A stretch of DNA of 64,000 nucleotides from Mayamaea pseudoterrestris. Taxonomy: Eukaryota. The notes beneath the pieces were generated by a model. The model made no database searches. It saw only the letters and a list, made by a program, of their open reading frames with translations, and was not told the DNA's origin. Shown here in pieces: positions 1-12,617 of the stretch; within the stretch, counting starts at the first letter, position 1; each line of letters starts with the position of its first letter. Position numbers and translations under genes: made by a program. Location of the stretch: NCBI GenBank assembly GCA_027923505.1, contig BROI01000023.1, forward strand, positions 62,001 to 126,000, given 5' to 3'.

Positions 1-50
1 TGAGTGAGGTTTCGAAGAAATTTGCGGAGCTAACGAAGAAGCACGACGAT

Positions 51-1064
51 ATGAGTCACGAGTACCAAAGCAAGCCCTTTGGCAATCCCATTGAAGAAGT
101 ACACGAAGAACGACAACCTGACAATGAATACGAGCATCGTTACGACGCAAGCGAGCCATACATAATTGATTTGACTAGCATGCGCACTCCTTCGACCGTC
201 GAACGAGCAGAGAATTCAACTAGCACGGAAGAACTTATCCTACTTCAATCGGATGCCCATACCGGAAGCGAAATGACTAGTTGGGACGGCTCGAGAGCAG
301 AAGAGTTGCTGTCGCGGACTAGAACTCTTGTGGCTAAAGCAAATCGTAGGAGCGACGAAACCTTTTGGGGTCGTCGGCAAGAGAAGGAGTTCCGACACAA
401 GCACTCAATGCTTTTTGATGAATTTGCATTCAATGCAACATTCAATAATGATGCCAATTATAAGCAAAGTGCTAGGGCTGGGTCCCCCAAAATGAGCACT
501 TTCGAAAGCACAAGAATTTGGCACGACCTTTCAAGTCAGTTGGACACCAACACATACATCGAAGACCACCAGATCCTCATGTTGAAGGTGGAACTTGCGG
601 AAGAGGCTAAGAAAATGGCGAAAATAAGTAAGCAAGTTGACGAGGTTTCAAGGCAAGAGATGATAATCGACGAGCGGCAGTCTGAGCTACTTGGTAAACC
701 GAGCACCGAAGATCAGGATGCCTACGATTCGGCAACTTCACTATCACGGTCGCGAAGGCTGCTCATACGTCTGTGTGACTTGGAAGACCGCATTTTGTGC
801 GATGATATCGATATCCAGCATTTGTCTTTGGAGGTTTTGTCGATTGATTTACAGTTAGATGAAATTCAAGCCAAATCGAATAACGTCCCTTCATCTTCGA
901 CAGCTCCGAAAGCGTCATTTATACCACCTAATGAGATTCGCATACATGCCGCAGCGGAGGACGCAAGAAAAGTGCAATCACAATTGAGCCGGGGACAAGA
1001 GAAGGAGAAGCTTAATGGCCGGGGATCACGTGCGACCAAAGCAAGACTTAGATCTGCCTCGTGA
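51..1064 (+). CDS. Hypothetical protein with coiled-coil-like C-terminal half; may be the 3' part of a gene starting upstream of the window
   Basis: 337-aa ORF; the frame is also open from position 3 to the ATG at 51; heptad-like segments (LKVELAEEAKKMAKISKQVDE, LSIDLQLDEIQAK); no family recognised. Confidence 0.55.
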   Translation: MSHEYQSKPFGNPIEEVHEERQPDNEYEHRYDASEPYIIDLTSMRTPSTVERAENSTSTEELILLQSDAHTGSEMTSWDGSRAEELLSRTRTLVAKANRRSDETFWGRRQEKEFRHKHSMLFDEFAFNATFNNDANYKQSARAGSPKMSTFESTRIWHDLSSQLDTNTYIEDHQILMLKVELAEEAKKMAKISKQVDEVSRQEMIIDERQSELLGKPSTEDQDAYDSATSLSRSRRLLIRLCDLEDRILCDDIDIQHLSLEVLSIDLQLDEIQAKSNNVPSSSTAPKASFIPPNEIRIHAAAEDARKVQSQLSRGQEKEKLNGRGSRATKARLRSAS

Positions 1065-1112
1065 TAGTAGATAAGAATATTTGTATTTTAACGTTTCACT
1101 TAATCTGATCTG

Positions 1113-1204
1113 TCATTTTCGTTTGTCTACAATTTGCATTCTTTCTTTCGATTGCTGCTCATTTTCGTTTGTCTACAATTTGCATTCTTTCTTTCAATTG
1201 CTGC
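1113..1204. repeat. 46-bp tandem duplication (2 copies, 1 mismatch) covering the stop codon of the oxidoreductase gene
   Basis: 1113-1158 and 1159-1204 both read tcattttcgtttgtctacaatttgcattctttctttc(g/a)attgctgc. Confidence 0.95.
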
Positions 1205-3406
1205 TTTTCATTGTTGCCAATCCAACGCTCCGTTAGACTCGACGTTGCCGGCCAAGGCCGCTTGCCAACTAGATCGACAGGAACGCCATTCTCGCGAGCG
1301 ATAATAGCACGAACACGACCCTCGCAATTGTAATTGTCCGGATCGCCTTGGCAGTGTCCCATGCCAGCTCGCGTGCGCTTGCGAATGCCCTGCGATGAAT
1401 CAATAGGAAGCGAACGCCGCATTGCTCGAACGACTTCCATTTCCGTCACCTTCTCGCATTTGCATATTACATTTTGCTCCATTTGACGAGTATTTGAGCC
1501 GTCACTGTCATTTTTGCCGACAGGGCCCATTTTGAGTCCTTTCATGCCAGCCTTGGGTGTGATGATGGGAGCTCTGTTTGGATTGAAACTAGGGTCCTTC
1601 TCCAGACGCAGGCCTTCCTTTCTTAAAAGCTCAACGACATCCAAGGCAATTGCAGGACTGCCAGCTAGGCCAGGAGAGTCAATGCCGGCTACATGTATGA
1701 ATCTGCTATTCTTCTGCGACGATTCAATGATCCAATCGCCCCGATCACTCTTGGCTCGCGCTCCGCAAAATGCGTGGATTGTCTCCTTGGGATCGAATGA
1801 TGGTACCAGTGCCTTGCATTTGGACAAAATATACTCTTGAATATCGGCCTGTGTCATGTCGCGAGCCTCTACCTTGTAAGTGTCCCTGGCCGTCGGCCCC
1901 AAGATTAAATTACCCCAAAGTGTTTGTTGTACCAAAACTCCTTTACCAAGCACAGGATCCGGGCAGGGAAAAATGGTGTGTCGCGTCAGGTGGCCCTGTT
2001 CGTACGGGCACGGCGAAAGCAATGATAAATGGTCAGAACACGCGATAAAATGCTCAATACACGGTAAACGTTTGTAGCAACACTAAGCTCACCTGATTGC
2101 GATGCAACAAAATGTAGTCGCCAAGCCTTGGCTTTATTTTGAACGAGTCATCTCCAATCAAAGCAGCAATTTGATCGGCAGCTCCACCCGCGCAATTAAT
2201 GACAAAACGGCAATGAATCTGTTCCCGTTCCACGACGCGTCCATGCATAGTGTTGGCCGCGCCCGACCCGCCGACTAGCATGTCATCGACGGTAACGCCA
2301 TGCTGCTGCGGCTGCTCCTTTGCTTTACCGTCTGGCATGCCAGCCTGCTCTACGAGCTGAGCAATGGGAGTATTCTTAGTGACACGCTTGTTAGCCTTTA
2401 GCAAAATGGGCAATAGCTTGGCCACTGCAAAGAGCGCCACAACCGCAGCAAGATGCTGATAGTGTCCAAAGGAGGACGTCAAAAGGCCAAAGAAGGATAA
2501 AGCGTGATGCACACCAACAGCAACGGTAACAATTTTGACGATTCGACTAGAGGTTACAAGCATTTGCGAGCGTTCCATGGCTTGAACGTATTCCTGCGGC
2601 TCCCAGTGGTCCATTTCCACAACAAAACCACTCTTTTGGTTTGGAGTGACGTTTACCACCTTTCGTCGAATCCGTAGCTCAACGCCATTATCAACGGCGT
2701 TCTCCGCTAATGCAATGGCATACTCATATGGAATGACATTGCCAGCATCTGGACTGTACAAGGCAGCGACTGCATTCTCGGCAATATACGGTTCCATCTT
2801 TCGCAACTCGGCTTGCTGCACAATGCGTAAGTTTTGCACGCCGTTCACCTTGCCCCGCTGCAGCAGCTCCTCCAAAATGGTAACTTCATCTCGACTCGTC
2901 GCCACCACGAGACTCCCATTTCGCTGATAGCCAAAGCGTAACTCGCGATCAAGCTGCGCAAACATTTGATTGCCGGGCCAGCAATATTTGGCGCGCAACG
3001 AACCTGGCTTGTCGTCGTATCCGGCGTGAACAATGCCGCTGTTTCCCTTGGTCGCTCCCTGCGAAACATCGTCGGCTGCTTCCAGTAGCAACACGTGTAG
3101 TTGGTACTTGCTCAACTCGCGCGCAATGGCTGATCCAATGCAGCCAGCACCAATGATGCAAACGTCGTAGGTGAATAATGATGAATCAGTTTGTTCGTTG
3201 CTGCGGTAGTTGCGACTGGCGCTTCTTGGACATGAATCTTGGTAGTCGCATCCGCTGCAACGCTGTTCGTCAATGAGAAAGGTGTCGGCACAGTCTTCAA
3301 GGTCGACCCAGGATCCTCCATAGTAAACGCCATGGACGCCGTGCTGATGCTGCTGCTTGCTGGTCGATGCTGCATCGCTCGCGTCATTTTTGAGAGGAGG
3401 AGCCAT
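1159..3406 (-). CDS. FAD-dependent oxidoreductase, GlpA/LhgO (glycerol-3-phosphate / L-2-hydroxyglutarate dehydrogenase-like), with C-terminal BFD-like [2Fe-2S] domain; 2 exons
   Basis: Exons 3406-2093 and 1995-1159; intron 1996-2092 (GTGAG...CAG) joins LLHRNQ|GHLTRH in frame. Motifs: DVCIIGAGCIG, ATKGNSGIVHAG, VINCAG, GPTA, GIDSPGLAGSPAIA, and C-terminal ICKCEKVT...RTRAGMGHCQG..C. Confidence 0.9.
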
Positions 3407-3764
3407 GTTATTTTACTATTGGTAGAAATGATCGTAATCGAGCGGCGATCTGAATTTATTTGATGCGAAAAAGATCGCGACGTCGCCATGGTGGATTCCA
3501 AGTTGCAGTCACTGCGTCACGCTTACTCCTCACTGTTCGCAAATGTCACTACACTGAGCGATAAAGAAGTCTGGACGCTAAAGAGTAGGACGCCGAACCA
3601 CAACTAAGGTTAAGGTTAAAGAATCCAACGCAAGAATCGCGCCCGAAACGATTCTTGCCACATTCAAGATTGCGTTCCGTTTGGTCACCTTTCCAGCCTC
3701 ATTGCAAGGAAGCCTGTACAAGTATACAGCGAAGTTGTTAGACAGACCATTATCATTATCCATC

Positions 3765-5034
3765 ATGTCATCGACGGAAGCGACTACTGCGGATGAACCA
3801 GTGACGGCTGCTGCTCGTACCACGGAAGCATCAACCGAGACTCCGACTGCGACGACACCAACATCCGAGTCGCTCCAAGAAAAGGCGCAGGCTGCCTTGG
3901 CCATTGTCGCCGTCAAGGCGGAGGAAGCGAGTACGGTTGCTAGAAAGTTCATGGGACTAGTCGCCGAGCCAGAGACGAATGGTGGAGAAGGTTACACGCC
4001 GAGTCGATTGAGCACGAAAATGTTTGTCAGCAAAACGACGAATTGTAAGTTTTCTTGAAGAGTGAAGAAGGAATAAGATGCTCGACATTGTTCAAAACCG
4101 TTCAACTCATCTCTCGTCGTATCCTTCTCTATTTACTTGATGCAGACGAGAAGAATGAATACGAAAACAAGTATTCCGGTGGCAATCTCAAGATTCTCGT
4201 CTTGGCCACCGAGCAGCGTTACTTGGAATGCGCCAATGGACTCAAGTTTAGCACTGGGAACCATCCGACGGAAACCTTTCTTCCGTTGCTGCATTTGGAC
4301 AAGGCTGGCTTTGGCATTGACATTGCCACGCCGACGGGGCAAACGGTCAAGACGGAAACGTGGGCCATGCCGCATGAAGGTGCGTACTGTTTGCAAGCAA
4401 GCAAATGAATATTGCTTGGAGTCATTCTGCTGCTGCATTGTCGCGTTTCTCACTTGATGTACATTACGTTCTTTGACTCACGCGCATTTTTGTTGCAGAC
4501 GCCAATGTCTTGTTCATTCAGCAAAAGTTAAAGCCAAAGCTTGACAAACCATTGAGCATCAAGGACGTTGCCAGCAAACTTGGTTCAGACAGTCCATATG
4601 TGGCAGTCTTTATTCCTGGAGGACATGGCGCCATGCTTGGTCTTCCGGAGGACGAAAACGTTGGCAAGGTGATTGACTGGGCCATGGATAATGACAAGTT
4701 CATTGTCACCTTGTGCCATGGCCCAGCTGCTCTCTTGGCCGCCTCGAACAAAAAGTTTGACGGCTACTCACTCGTTTGCTTTCCCAATGCGCTCGACAAG
4801 CTTTGCGCCTTGATTGGATACCTGCCAGGCTCGTTGAACTGGTACATGGGTGACAAGCTTGTGGAGGAGCAAGGTATGAAAGTTGTCAACGTCATGGCCA
4901 CGGGAGGCACCCATGTGGATCGGAAGCTGTTGACGGGCGATAGTCCCAATGCGGCCAATGCATTGGGAAAACTGGCGGCGGAAATGATTTTGGCGAGTGT
5001 CAATCCGAAAAAGGGTGAGGATGACGATATTTGA
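3765..5034 (+). CDS. hchA: Hsp31/HchA-type glyoxalase III / protein deglycase (DJ-1/PfpI superfamily); 3 exons
   Basis: Exons 3765-4044, 4146-4379, 4499-5034 with GT-AG introns. Motifs KFSTGNHPTETFLPLLHL, FIPGGHG, LCHGPAA, FPNALD, IGYLPG and LLTGDSPNAANALGKLAA closely match E. coli HchA; the catalytic Glu, Cys-His and Asp positions are retained. Confidence 0.9.
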
Positions 5035-5387
5035 AGGACAACGCGCCAAGCGAATGAGTGCCGATGAAAGCGCTGGATGAATATGGAAGCGCAAAGCTGA
5101 ATGAGCATTTGTTGTTAACAAAGCTCACCTAAAAACTCTATCAGATTTTATTTACTTTTAAACTGCACTGTTGTTTGCTTTGTTCCCTAGCTTGGCACTC
5201 TCTTGCTCGTACTTTTGACGTGCACGTAAAAGCTGCAGCAGGCAGTAACGCTGCGACGCGTAGCAATCGGTGCGACACGACTCATCCATCGCAAGACGAT
5301 CATCGATCCGACCATGACGACGAAGGCAAAGAGCGGCGAAAGTATCGCAAAAGCAACGTTATTCAATTCAGATAATCGAAATTTACT

Positions 5388-8300
5388 ATGGAACAGTTCG
5401 TGTTGGGGATTTTCCAAGAGCAGTTGTCAAAGGTAGGCTAGATATCCTTCTCAACGATAGTGTTGGCGATGCGAATGCTCATTGATGTATCGTATACGTA
5501 TACTGCATTTATATTCGACTCACCATTTGAATTTCTTGTATCAGTTCATAATTGGCTTTCGCAAGGAACAAGTCAATGCAAATCTGCTGAATGGCAAGGG
5601 AGAGATTACCAATGTCGAAGTCAACTGCTCCTTTCTCAACTCGCATATTAGCAAGCTGACGCCTTTTGTCGAACTGGAACGCGTTCACATTTCGAAACTC
5701 AGTTTCAGCGTCACATCATGGACCAATCTACGCAAGGCTCCCATTATTATTGATATTGAAAACATTGAAGCATATATACTCGAGCCGCTTCACTATTTGG
5801 ATCCGTCTATGCGCAAATCGATTCAGCAAGTCTTTCAGAGTCAGCTGCCAGAGCTTTTGCGAAAAGGCCTCATTTCCAAGCGAGGCGCGTACAATCTGTT
5901 TGATCGCATACTTGACAACTTGACAATCGAGGTTCGATCCGTGCTGGTAGAGTTTTCAACGTGGGGCAAGTTCAAATCGCGCCGCATTGGTCCCTGGACG
6001 CCACCCAAGCTGCAAGCCAAGCTAGCTGGAATACGCATGGTCAGTGTCAATGAGTACGGACAAGAAGCTAGTCCCGACGAAGTGTGGAAGCACAATCACA
6101 ATCAACATGCTTTTCTCATTTACAAAAAGATTGAAGTTCCTGATTTTCAAATATATTTAGTGCCGCAAACTGGAAATGGCGAAGCGATTCCACTCTTGTC
6201 GGGCAGTTGCAACAAAATGGAGGTACAACTGGCAATAAAGAGAAGAGTCAAGGACGGAGAAACCTTGGCCGTCCAACTCGATGCAACCATTCCAAAGATT
6301 GAAGTCAATGTCACGGCGCAAGTCTTGCCGCCTTTGTACAGCGCAGTGCAGGGCGTGATTTGCTTGCTGGCCAAAGATCGGGCTTTTGTCGATCCACTGA
6401 AACAGCCGACGGAGGAGAATATGGGAGTCAATGCTGCGGCAACAACTAGCGAAAATATAGCAAATGTAACTGGACCAGTGGAAGTGACATTTAGTCGCAG
6501 CGGATCAAGTGTGAGTGACAATGGATCCACTGCGGTATCCATGGGCGAAGCAGACGTTTCCGTGGAGGAGGACTTGTCGTCGTCGTCCGATGAGGAAACA
6601 GCAGGAACGAAAAGTACAAGCAGTAGTCGTCATGGTGCCAGCGTCAAGACACCTTTATCTTACTCAAGTCGGCAACAGACTCCAATATTGCCATATGCGA
6701 CCGCTAAAAACAAGTCGGATCGTCCAGTGATTGTGCTCCCCTTGGGTCTATGCATACATGAACGAGTTTCATTCAGCTTGTCGATAAATCATGCAGCCGT
6801 CAGAGGAACCTACGCAGCAACTCCCAACGCAGAAAGGCACAACAGCAGCTTTGTCCAGGCCATGTCGAGAGGATTTATTGCCGAAATGATTTGGCCAAAG
6901 ACCGACGCGACGAAAGGAGGGTATTTGCAAGCGTCGGTTGGCTTCGTCCGAGTGACTGAACAATTCGGTAATCGGGTGCGTACGCTGCTGGTTGGAGGAG
7001 CGGAAAATGCCCAAAACGGTATACATTCTCCGTCTCAAAAACCAATGATTGCCCGAGATGAATCCTTTCCGCTTTACGAAGAACGATCAATTCGGCCTGA
7101 TCCAAGTGGCCTACGCTATACTTTTCCTATTCAGTGCTTTGGGATGAAAACGACGATCGAGTGTCTGGAAAAGTCGCGCGACGGCTATAATTTAAGCGAA
7201 GAAGTGATTAAAGTAACTCATGAGGTTGGCATTGACCAGTTTGATCTAGTGGTCGATGGTCATTCATACGCGCGGGTTATGCAATTTTTTTTGAATGTTG
7301 TTGGTGGTGGCTTTGATACGAGGGTCGCTTCCGGTGATTGGACCGGCAGCATGTCACACGACATGCTACTTCAGTCAGGCGTCCCATTGGACCTCGAGGT
7401 TTGCATTCAACCCAGGAAAGAAATAATGCTCGATGAAAACGACTTTATATCATCTGATCTTTTTAATGTTACTGCACGCATTACTGAGATGGTTCTTCGT
7501 ATTCCGGCAGCAATTTCGGACGACATAAGATCGTGTGACATCTTAATGAGACTAGGCGAGGTAACCTTTGTGGTGTCGTCTGCCTTGCCGCGCACATTGC
7601 TATCAGGCAGGATTGGGAGTTCCGTGTTCGGTGACGATGCTATTGACATGGATGCCATTGATTTTCCCAATGACCCTTCTGATGTACCCTACAGTTTAAA
7701 TTCGACAGAGGATCCATCTAATCGTCAACGAGGTTTGCAGACATCGAAGCCGATTTCCACCTTTCGTATTCAAGGAACACTACGCAGGACGTCGTTCTGT
7801 CTTGTACCGGTTATATCCTACTCGGAAGACAAGCAATCGCAGCAACTCTTCTGTCAGGACGAATTTACAATGATTCTATGTTTTGAAGGTGAGCGCCCTA
7901 AAGAATCAAACAATAATTTGACTAGAATCATGATTCTCCTATCAATGGAAGTGCATCGCCTGGATATCTGTTTGGATATGGACTTGCTATCTTCCGCCGC
8001 TGGCACACTCATCTCTCATGCTAAGGATGTCGATGAGGCGGTGAAGTTATTCCGCCGCTCGTCGTGCATGACAAACGAGTCTTTAGAGCGAAATGTCGAC
8101 ATGTCTGGAGTTTCAGAACCGTCGGACAAGTTTTTGTCCCGAAGATTACAGGTTGAGAGGCAATTTAACAAAATTCGAGAGTCGGGTGGTTTAACTTTCG
8201 CATTTTGCTGCAAGGCTATGGAGGTAGAAGTATCGCTTTGGCGCCAGAATGTTCAATTTTCTTATCCATTCACCCATTACAATGGCGCGCACCGTAGTAA

Positions 8301-11300
8301 CAGTCGATCCTCCCAATACATACCCTTGGTAAAGCTGGTGTCAATTGAGTTGAAGGAGGCAGAAGTCGGACTAGAAGTAAGCATTTTTTGTAGCGACAAG
8401 CGCACCGTTTTTAAAGGGGTCATTGCCGAAACAGTTCTTTGCATTTGCGATACGACGAGCATTGCCGCTGAAACAGACACTGACAAAGTAATGGCAGAAG
8501 GCTGCGAAGCTTTGCTTCCTCGTTGGCAAAATAGCGATTTCGAAGTCTTAAGGGTTGGAAAAAAGTGTGACGAAAAATGCACAGCTTTAGACAACTACAA
8601 TGGGCTCACTGTCCGCGCGGAAGAGCAGGTTGACAGTCATCGCGTGTGGAGTCTAGCTATTGATTTGGGGAACGCAACAGTTGATTGTCAGACTGAAGCG
8701 GTTGAGAATCTTGCTGTTTGTTTATTCGAGGCACTCTTAATGCCTGCATGGCTCAATGCTGCTGCCCTGCCCATTGCTTGTGATACCGGCACCTGGAAGT
8801 TTCCACTTGGGTCTATCGGAACTTTCTTGCAGAGTCTGTCTTCACTTTTAGCAAAAGAAGTCGACGAACTATCTTTTTCGGACACCTCTGGAGCAGTACC
8901 AGAGGGTACGCAACGCACAGTTCCCGCTACAATCGATGCCATGTTACGCGAAATTATCTGGAAAGTCGTCCCGGTCGACGTGGAAGTAATACTCATGCGC
9001 TACACTGGGAGGAATCAAGTCGTTCGCGTGCCTAACGAGTCGAGCAATTTGCCTTCATTCGGATTGTTACTCGAACAGTCAGAGTTGACTGCATCTTACT
9101 TGGCAACGTCTGGACTGACAGACATACGCCTCTTAAAGGTTGTTGGAGCGAGGGGAGTCTCGTGGCAATCGATTATTCAAACCATGGACCAGGGACTGCG
9201 ACACAAATTTCAAAGCACTCAACGTATCTTTTCCTGTTCAGCCGAATCGTCCCAAACCGAATTGGGAGCTACGTTTGTGGAGCCGTTCCAGGTAGGCTAT
9301 ACATATGGGAATTCAGAAGTTGTCATGTCGCTTGGAAATCAGATAATGGTTAGGCAAGTTGCGCGACTCGATGACTTCCTCACCTCCCTTCACGCATTCG
9401 GCCTTCGATGTATAAATGCGAAAGAGAGACTGTGCTTGATCGTCTCTGCATGTCGGGACGCAGCAACAACTGTAGACGACCTCATCATGCCATCCCCCGT
9501 TGAAATCAAAGTCGAAGATAATGCGACATCAATCGCGTGCCTGGTTGCAATGAATTCGATTCGCTCAGCCAAAGAGCACATTGAATCTGCCAGGAAAGAG
9601 TTCTTAGACTATGCGCATAGCCTACACACCAGGTTGCAAGACCGAGACATTGAAGTAGCAAGATTGCGGTACCAACTTTTCTTAAAAGAGCGCGAGAAGA
9701 TGGCCGCTTACACAATGGTGTCCTCGACGACCTCAAGCTGGCTGCGCATCGGATCGAGCCAGCGGATAGGTCAAAGAGGAATTATGTCGTGGAATCTTTT
9801 GCCTTTCTGGTGCATTCTGCGAAAGTCGCTACTGTTTAAGTACGCGGGGCCGGGAATATTTACACCATTAGATGTGATTCCTCTAGAGGGTGCAAGTCTT
9901 CGACAGCTTGCTGGTGGACGCAAACGCGATCTGAAACGTGCGTTTGCTGTGGTCGAAAAAGATGGAGTTGTTCACGTTATCGTTACTGCAACCGATCGCG
10001 AGTTTAACAGATGGGTTCAAGAATTGTCGAAAGTTATTGAAGTGGTCGATTATGAACGAATGTCAATGGATCATCTTGACGACATCGCATCAGAAAGCCT
10101 TATAGCTCGACATACATCAGGCACTGTAGTCGATGAGCCGCCAGAGTATGTACATGACGCTCAGCCTCGGCAAAATCGATTCGCTAAAGTTCTTCAGCAA
10201 GCCGCCAAATCAACTGGCCAAGCAGTTGTCGAACGTCGACGACGCAAGCACGCGGACAATACGCAGGAGCCAGGTCTTGTCGCTCAAGATACTCAAGATG
10301 TCACAACTAAGAATGCGCAACAATTCTCTGACGAGATGGGAATAAGCACGGGAACGGCGGATAGCATGGACTGTGTAAATTCTCATCTGGACACCGCAGC
10401 CTCTGGCTCCTCGCCACATCTGACTCGAAACACTCATTCTCTAGGATTACCGAGGAACGATGCCATTGCCAATGAAAGTCAATTGCGAAATCGACTTACT
10501 GGAATGAGAGTTGCCACAAAAAATCGTGTCGAGACTGCGCTTGTGGCGGCGAAACAGAAGGGAAAAGATGTGTCATCAAGCGTACGCGCGCGGAAGAATG
10601 TACAAACGAGCTCCGTTGGGGGACAGTCAGACTCAAAAGTCCCCGCCAACTTCGAGGACTCTGCTGCAAAGGAATGGATTTGTCCAGTCTGCACCTACTG
10701 CAACGATGCAATTTATTTGACTTGCGAAATGTGTCAAACAGTACGCGAGCCACTTGCTGGCGACGAGATTCCCAGGACAAGTAATGGTGGCGGTGGCTAT
10801 CAGCAGGTGGCAGTCGGGATAGATAAGGGATTAATCATTGATAATGATTCCGAGCTAAACAGCGAGAGTCAGTCACATTTGAAAAGGCCAATGAAGAATC
10901 TATTCGGTGCAGCTGTCCAGAGTTTGCGCAGAAATGGACAGGAGTCTTCAGATGGCGCAGGCGGTCACTTCAATCAACGTAACTTATTTGACGAAGTCCC
11001 GCTTGGAGCTCCAGAAGCTTTGCGATTACGAGACGTGGGTCTTGCAGGTCCTCTCCCTCCCGCCAGATATGTTGACCCGATCAGCCACAACACATCCCAG
11101 CCTATCGACAATAACAACACAATTCTGAGAAGACTTGCAGGAACGTGGTTTGTCTCGGCCGTGCTCCTCTTTGAACCGGACGTGGCTTTATCAACAGCAA
11201 TGACTGATGCGGGAAATCTTGCGCCGTTAAGTGGCACGGGTGTGGCTATTGATAAGAATTGGCTTGGCCAACCCGCCCTCAACGTGGACGACATTCTCCT

Positions 11301-12561
11301 GGTCACAGTCAGCATTGAGGTGTTTGGCAAGACGTTCAGCACTGATTGTGATTCAGGTTGTGATTCAAAACCGAATGTCGTACTCGGCAAAAAAGTGCAC
11401 GAATTGCTTTCGTTGCATACTAAGATTTCAGAGTGCCTGTCCGATGCATCTATTTATGAACGAGCCGACGATGGTGTCCCTGTGCCCGTTGGCAATGCCA
11501 TGCCCGAGGGAGCCATTATATCATGTCACGATGCTGTCGAGCACACCGGATTGCTTTTGTCTGGCCTAATTCGAGATATACCTTCTCGATGTTCTAGACC
11601 TATGCTTTCATACTGCGGTAAGCACATTTGCCATAGTGTGTGTCAGACACCAGCCTTCGATGCCGTTACGTAGCTCACACAATACTCAACATTAGCTGAC
11701 GTTTTTAAACAAATCTTAAACACGTTTTTGGATAGCTACCTCCCCGTGGAATGCCTAACGCATTTGACTGACTTTTTGAAGATATCGGATGGCTCGACAA
11801 TAGACTTCATGCCTACGGCATCGCTGAATCTGTCGCTGCCCGTCGAAACATTGGACAGCACTGTCAGCACCGCCATTCCGCAGCTAAGTGCGGCGGAGGC
11901 TAGTTTAATTCAAGCAGAGACGCAAGTGCTCAATGCGGAGCACATTGCTACTGTAGAGTCTAACAGGCATCATGGAGAGGCACACGACCATCCGCTCAAA
12001 CATATTCAAAAGTTTTATCATCCTATTTCTCACCAATATCGCGAAGCCATGTACTCTGCCTTAATGAATGTCATGGAAGAGAGAGACGAGGCTCACGCAA
12101 GAATGGTATCTGCTGAGGTCGTCCAGGTTCACGAATTGGAACAGCAACGGAAGATAGCTGAGCACCTTTCAAACGAACTAGAGAAAAAGGACCGCGTTCT
12201 CCACAGACTGAAGCAAGCAAGCGTCAAGAAAGGGAACATACAATCTGAGTCCCTGGACAAGCCCAATCATTCGATTGCATTAAAATCTCGTTCCAATCTC
12301 CGTTCCGATGATGAAATGATATCCTTATGTCAGCAGCTTTCTGCTGAAATATCTTCGCGTACAGCAGCGTCACTCGAAATACTACGTTTAAAAGAGAGCA
12401 GAAAAGTTGAACGCGACAATGAAGCGGCCGAGCGAAGTGCACTGGAGAATGAACTCAATCGAACCCGCGAAATGCTCGCATATCATAAGTTGCAGTTGGC
12501 TCAGAAAGAACTCGAGTGCATGAACTGGCAACGCTCCTACGAGAATGCGATCAAGCGATAA
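5388..12561 (+). CDS. Chorein-N (VPS13/ATG2/BLTP3-like) bridge-like lipid transfer protein with PH domain, RanBP2-type zinc finger and C-terminal coiled coil; 3 exons, ~2,330 aa
   Basis: Exons 5388-5432, 5545-11617, 11696-12561 (GTAGGC..CAG, GTAAGC..TAG; frames join). N-terminus MEQFVLGIFQEQLSK|FIIGFRKEQVNANLLNGKGEITNVEVN...SWTNLRKAPIIIDIENI is chorein-N-like. PH: WCILRKSLLFKY...IPLEGA...EFNRWVQELSKV. ZnF: WICPVCTYCNDAIYLTCEMCQTVR. Confidence 0.8.
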
Positions 12562-12617
12562 TCACATACCAGGATCGTAAAGGTTAAAGTTTGGGATGTT
12601 ATCTTTAAGAATCCAGA

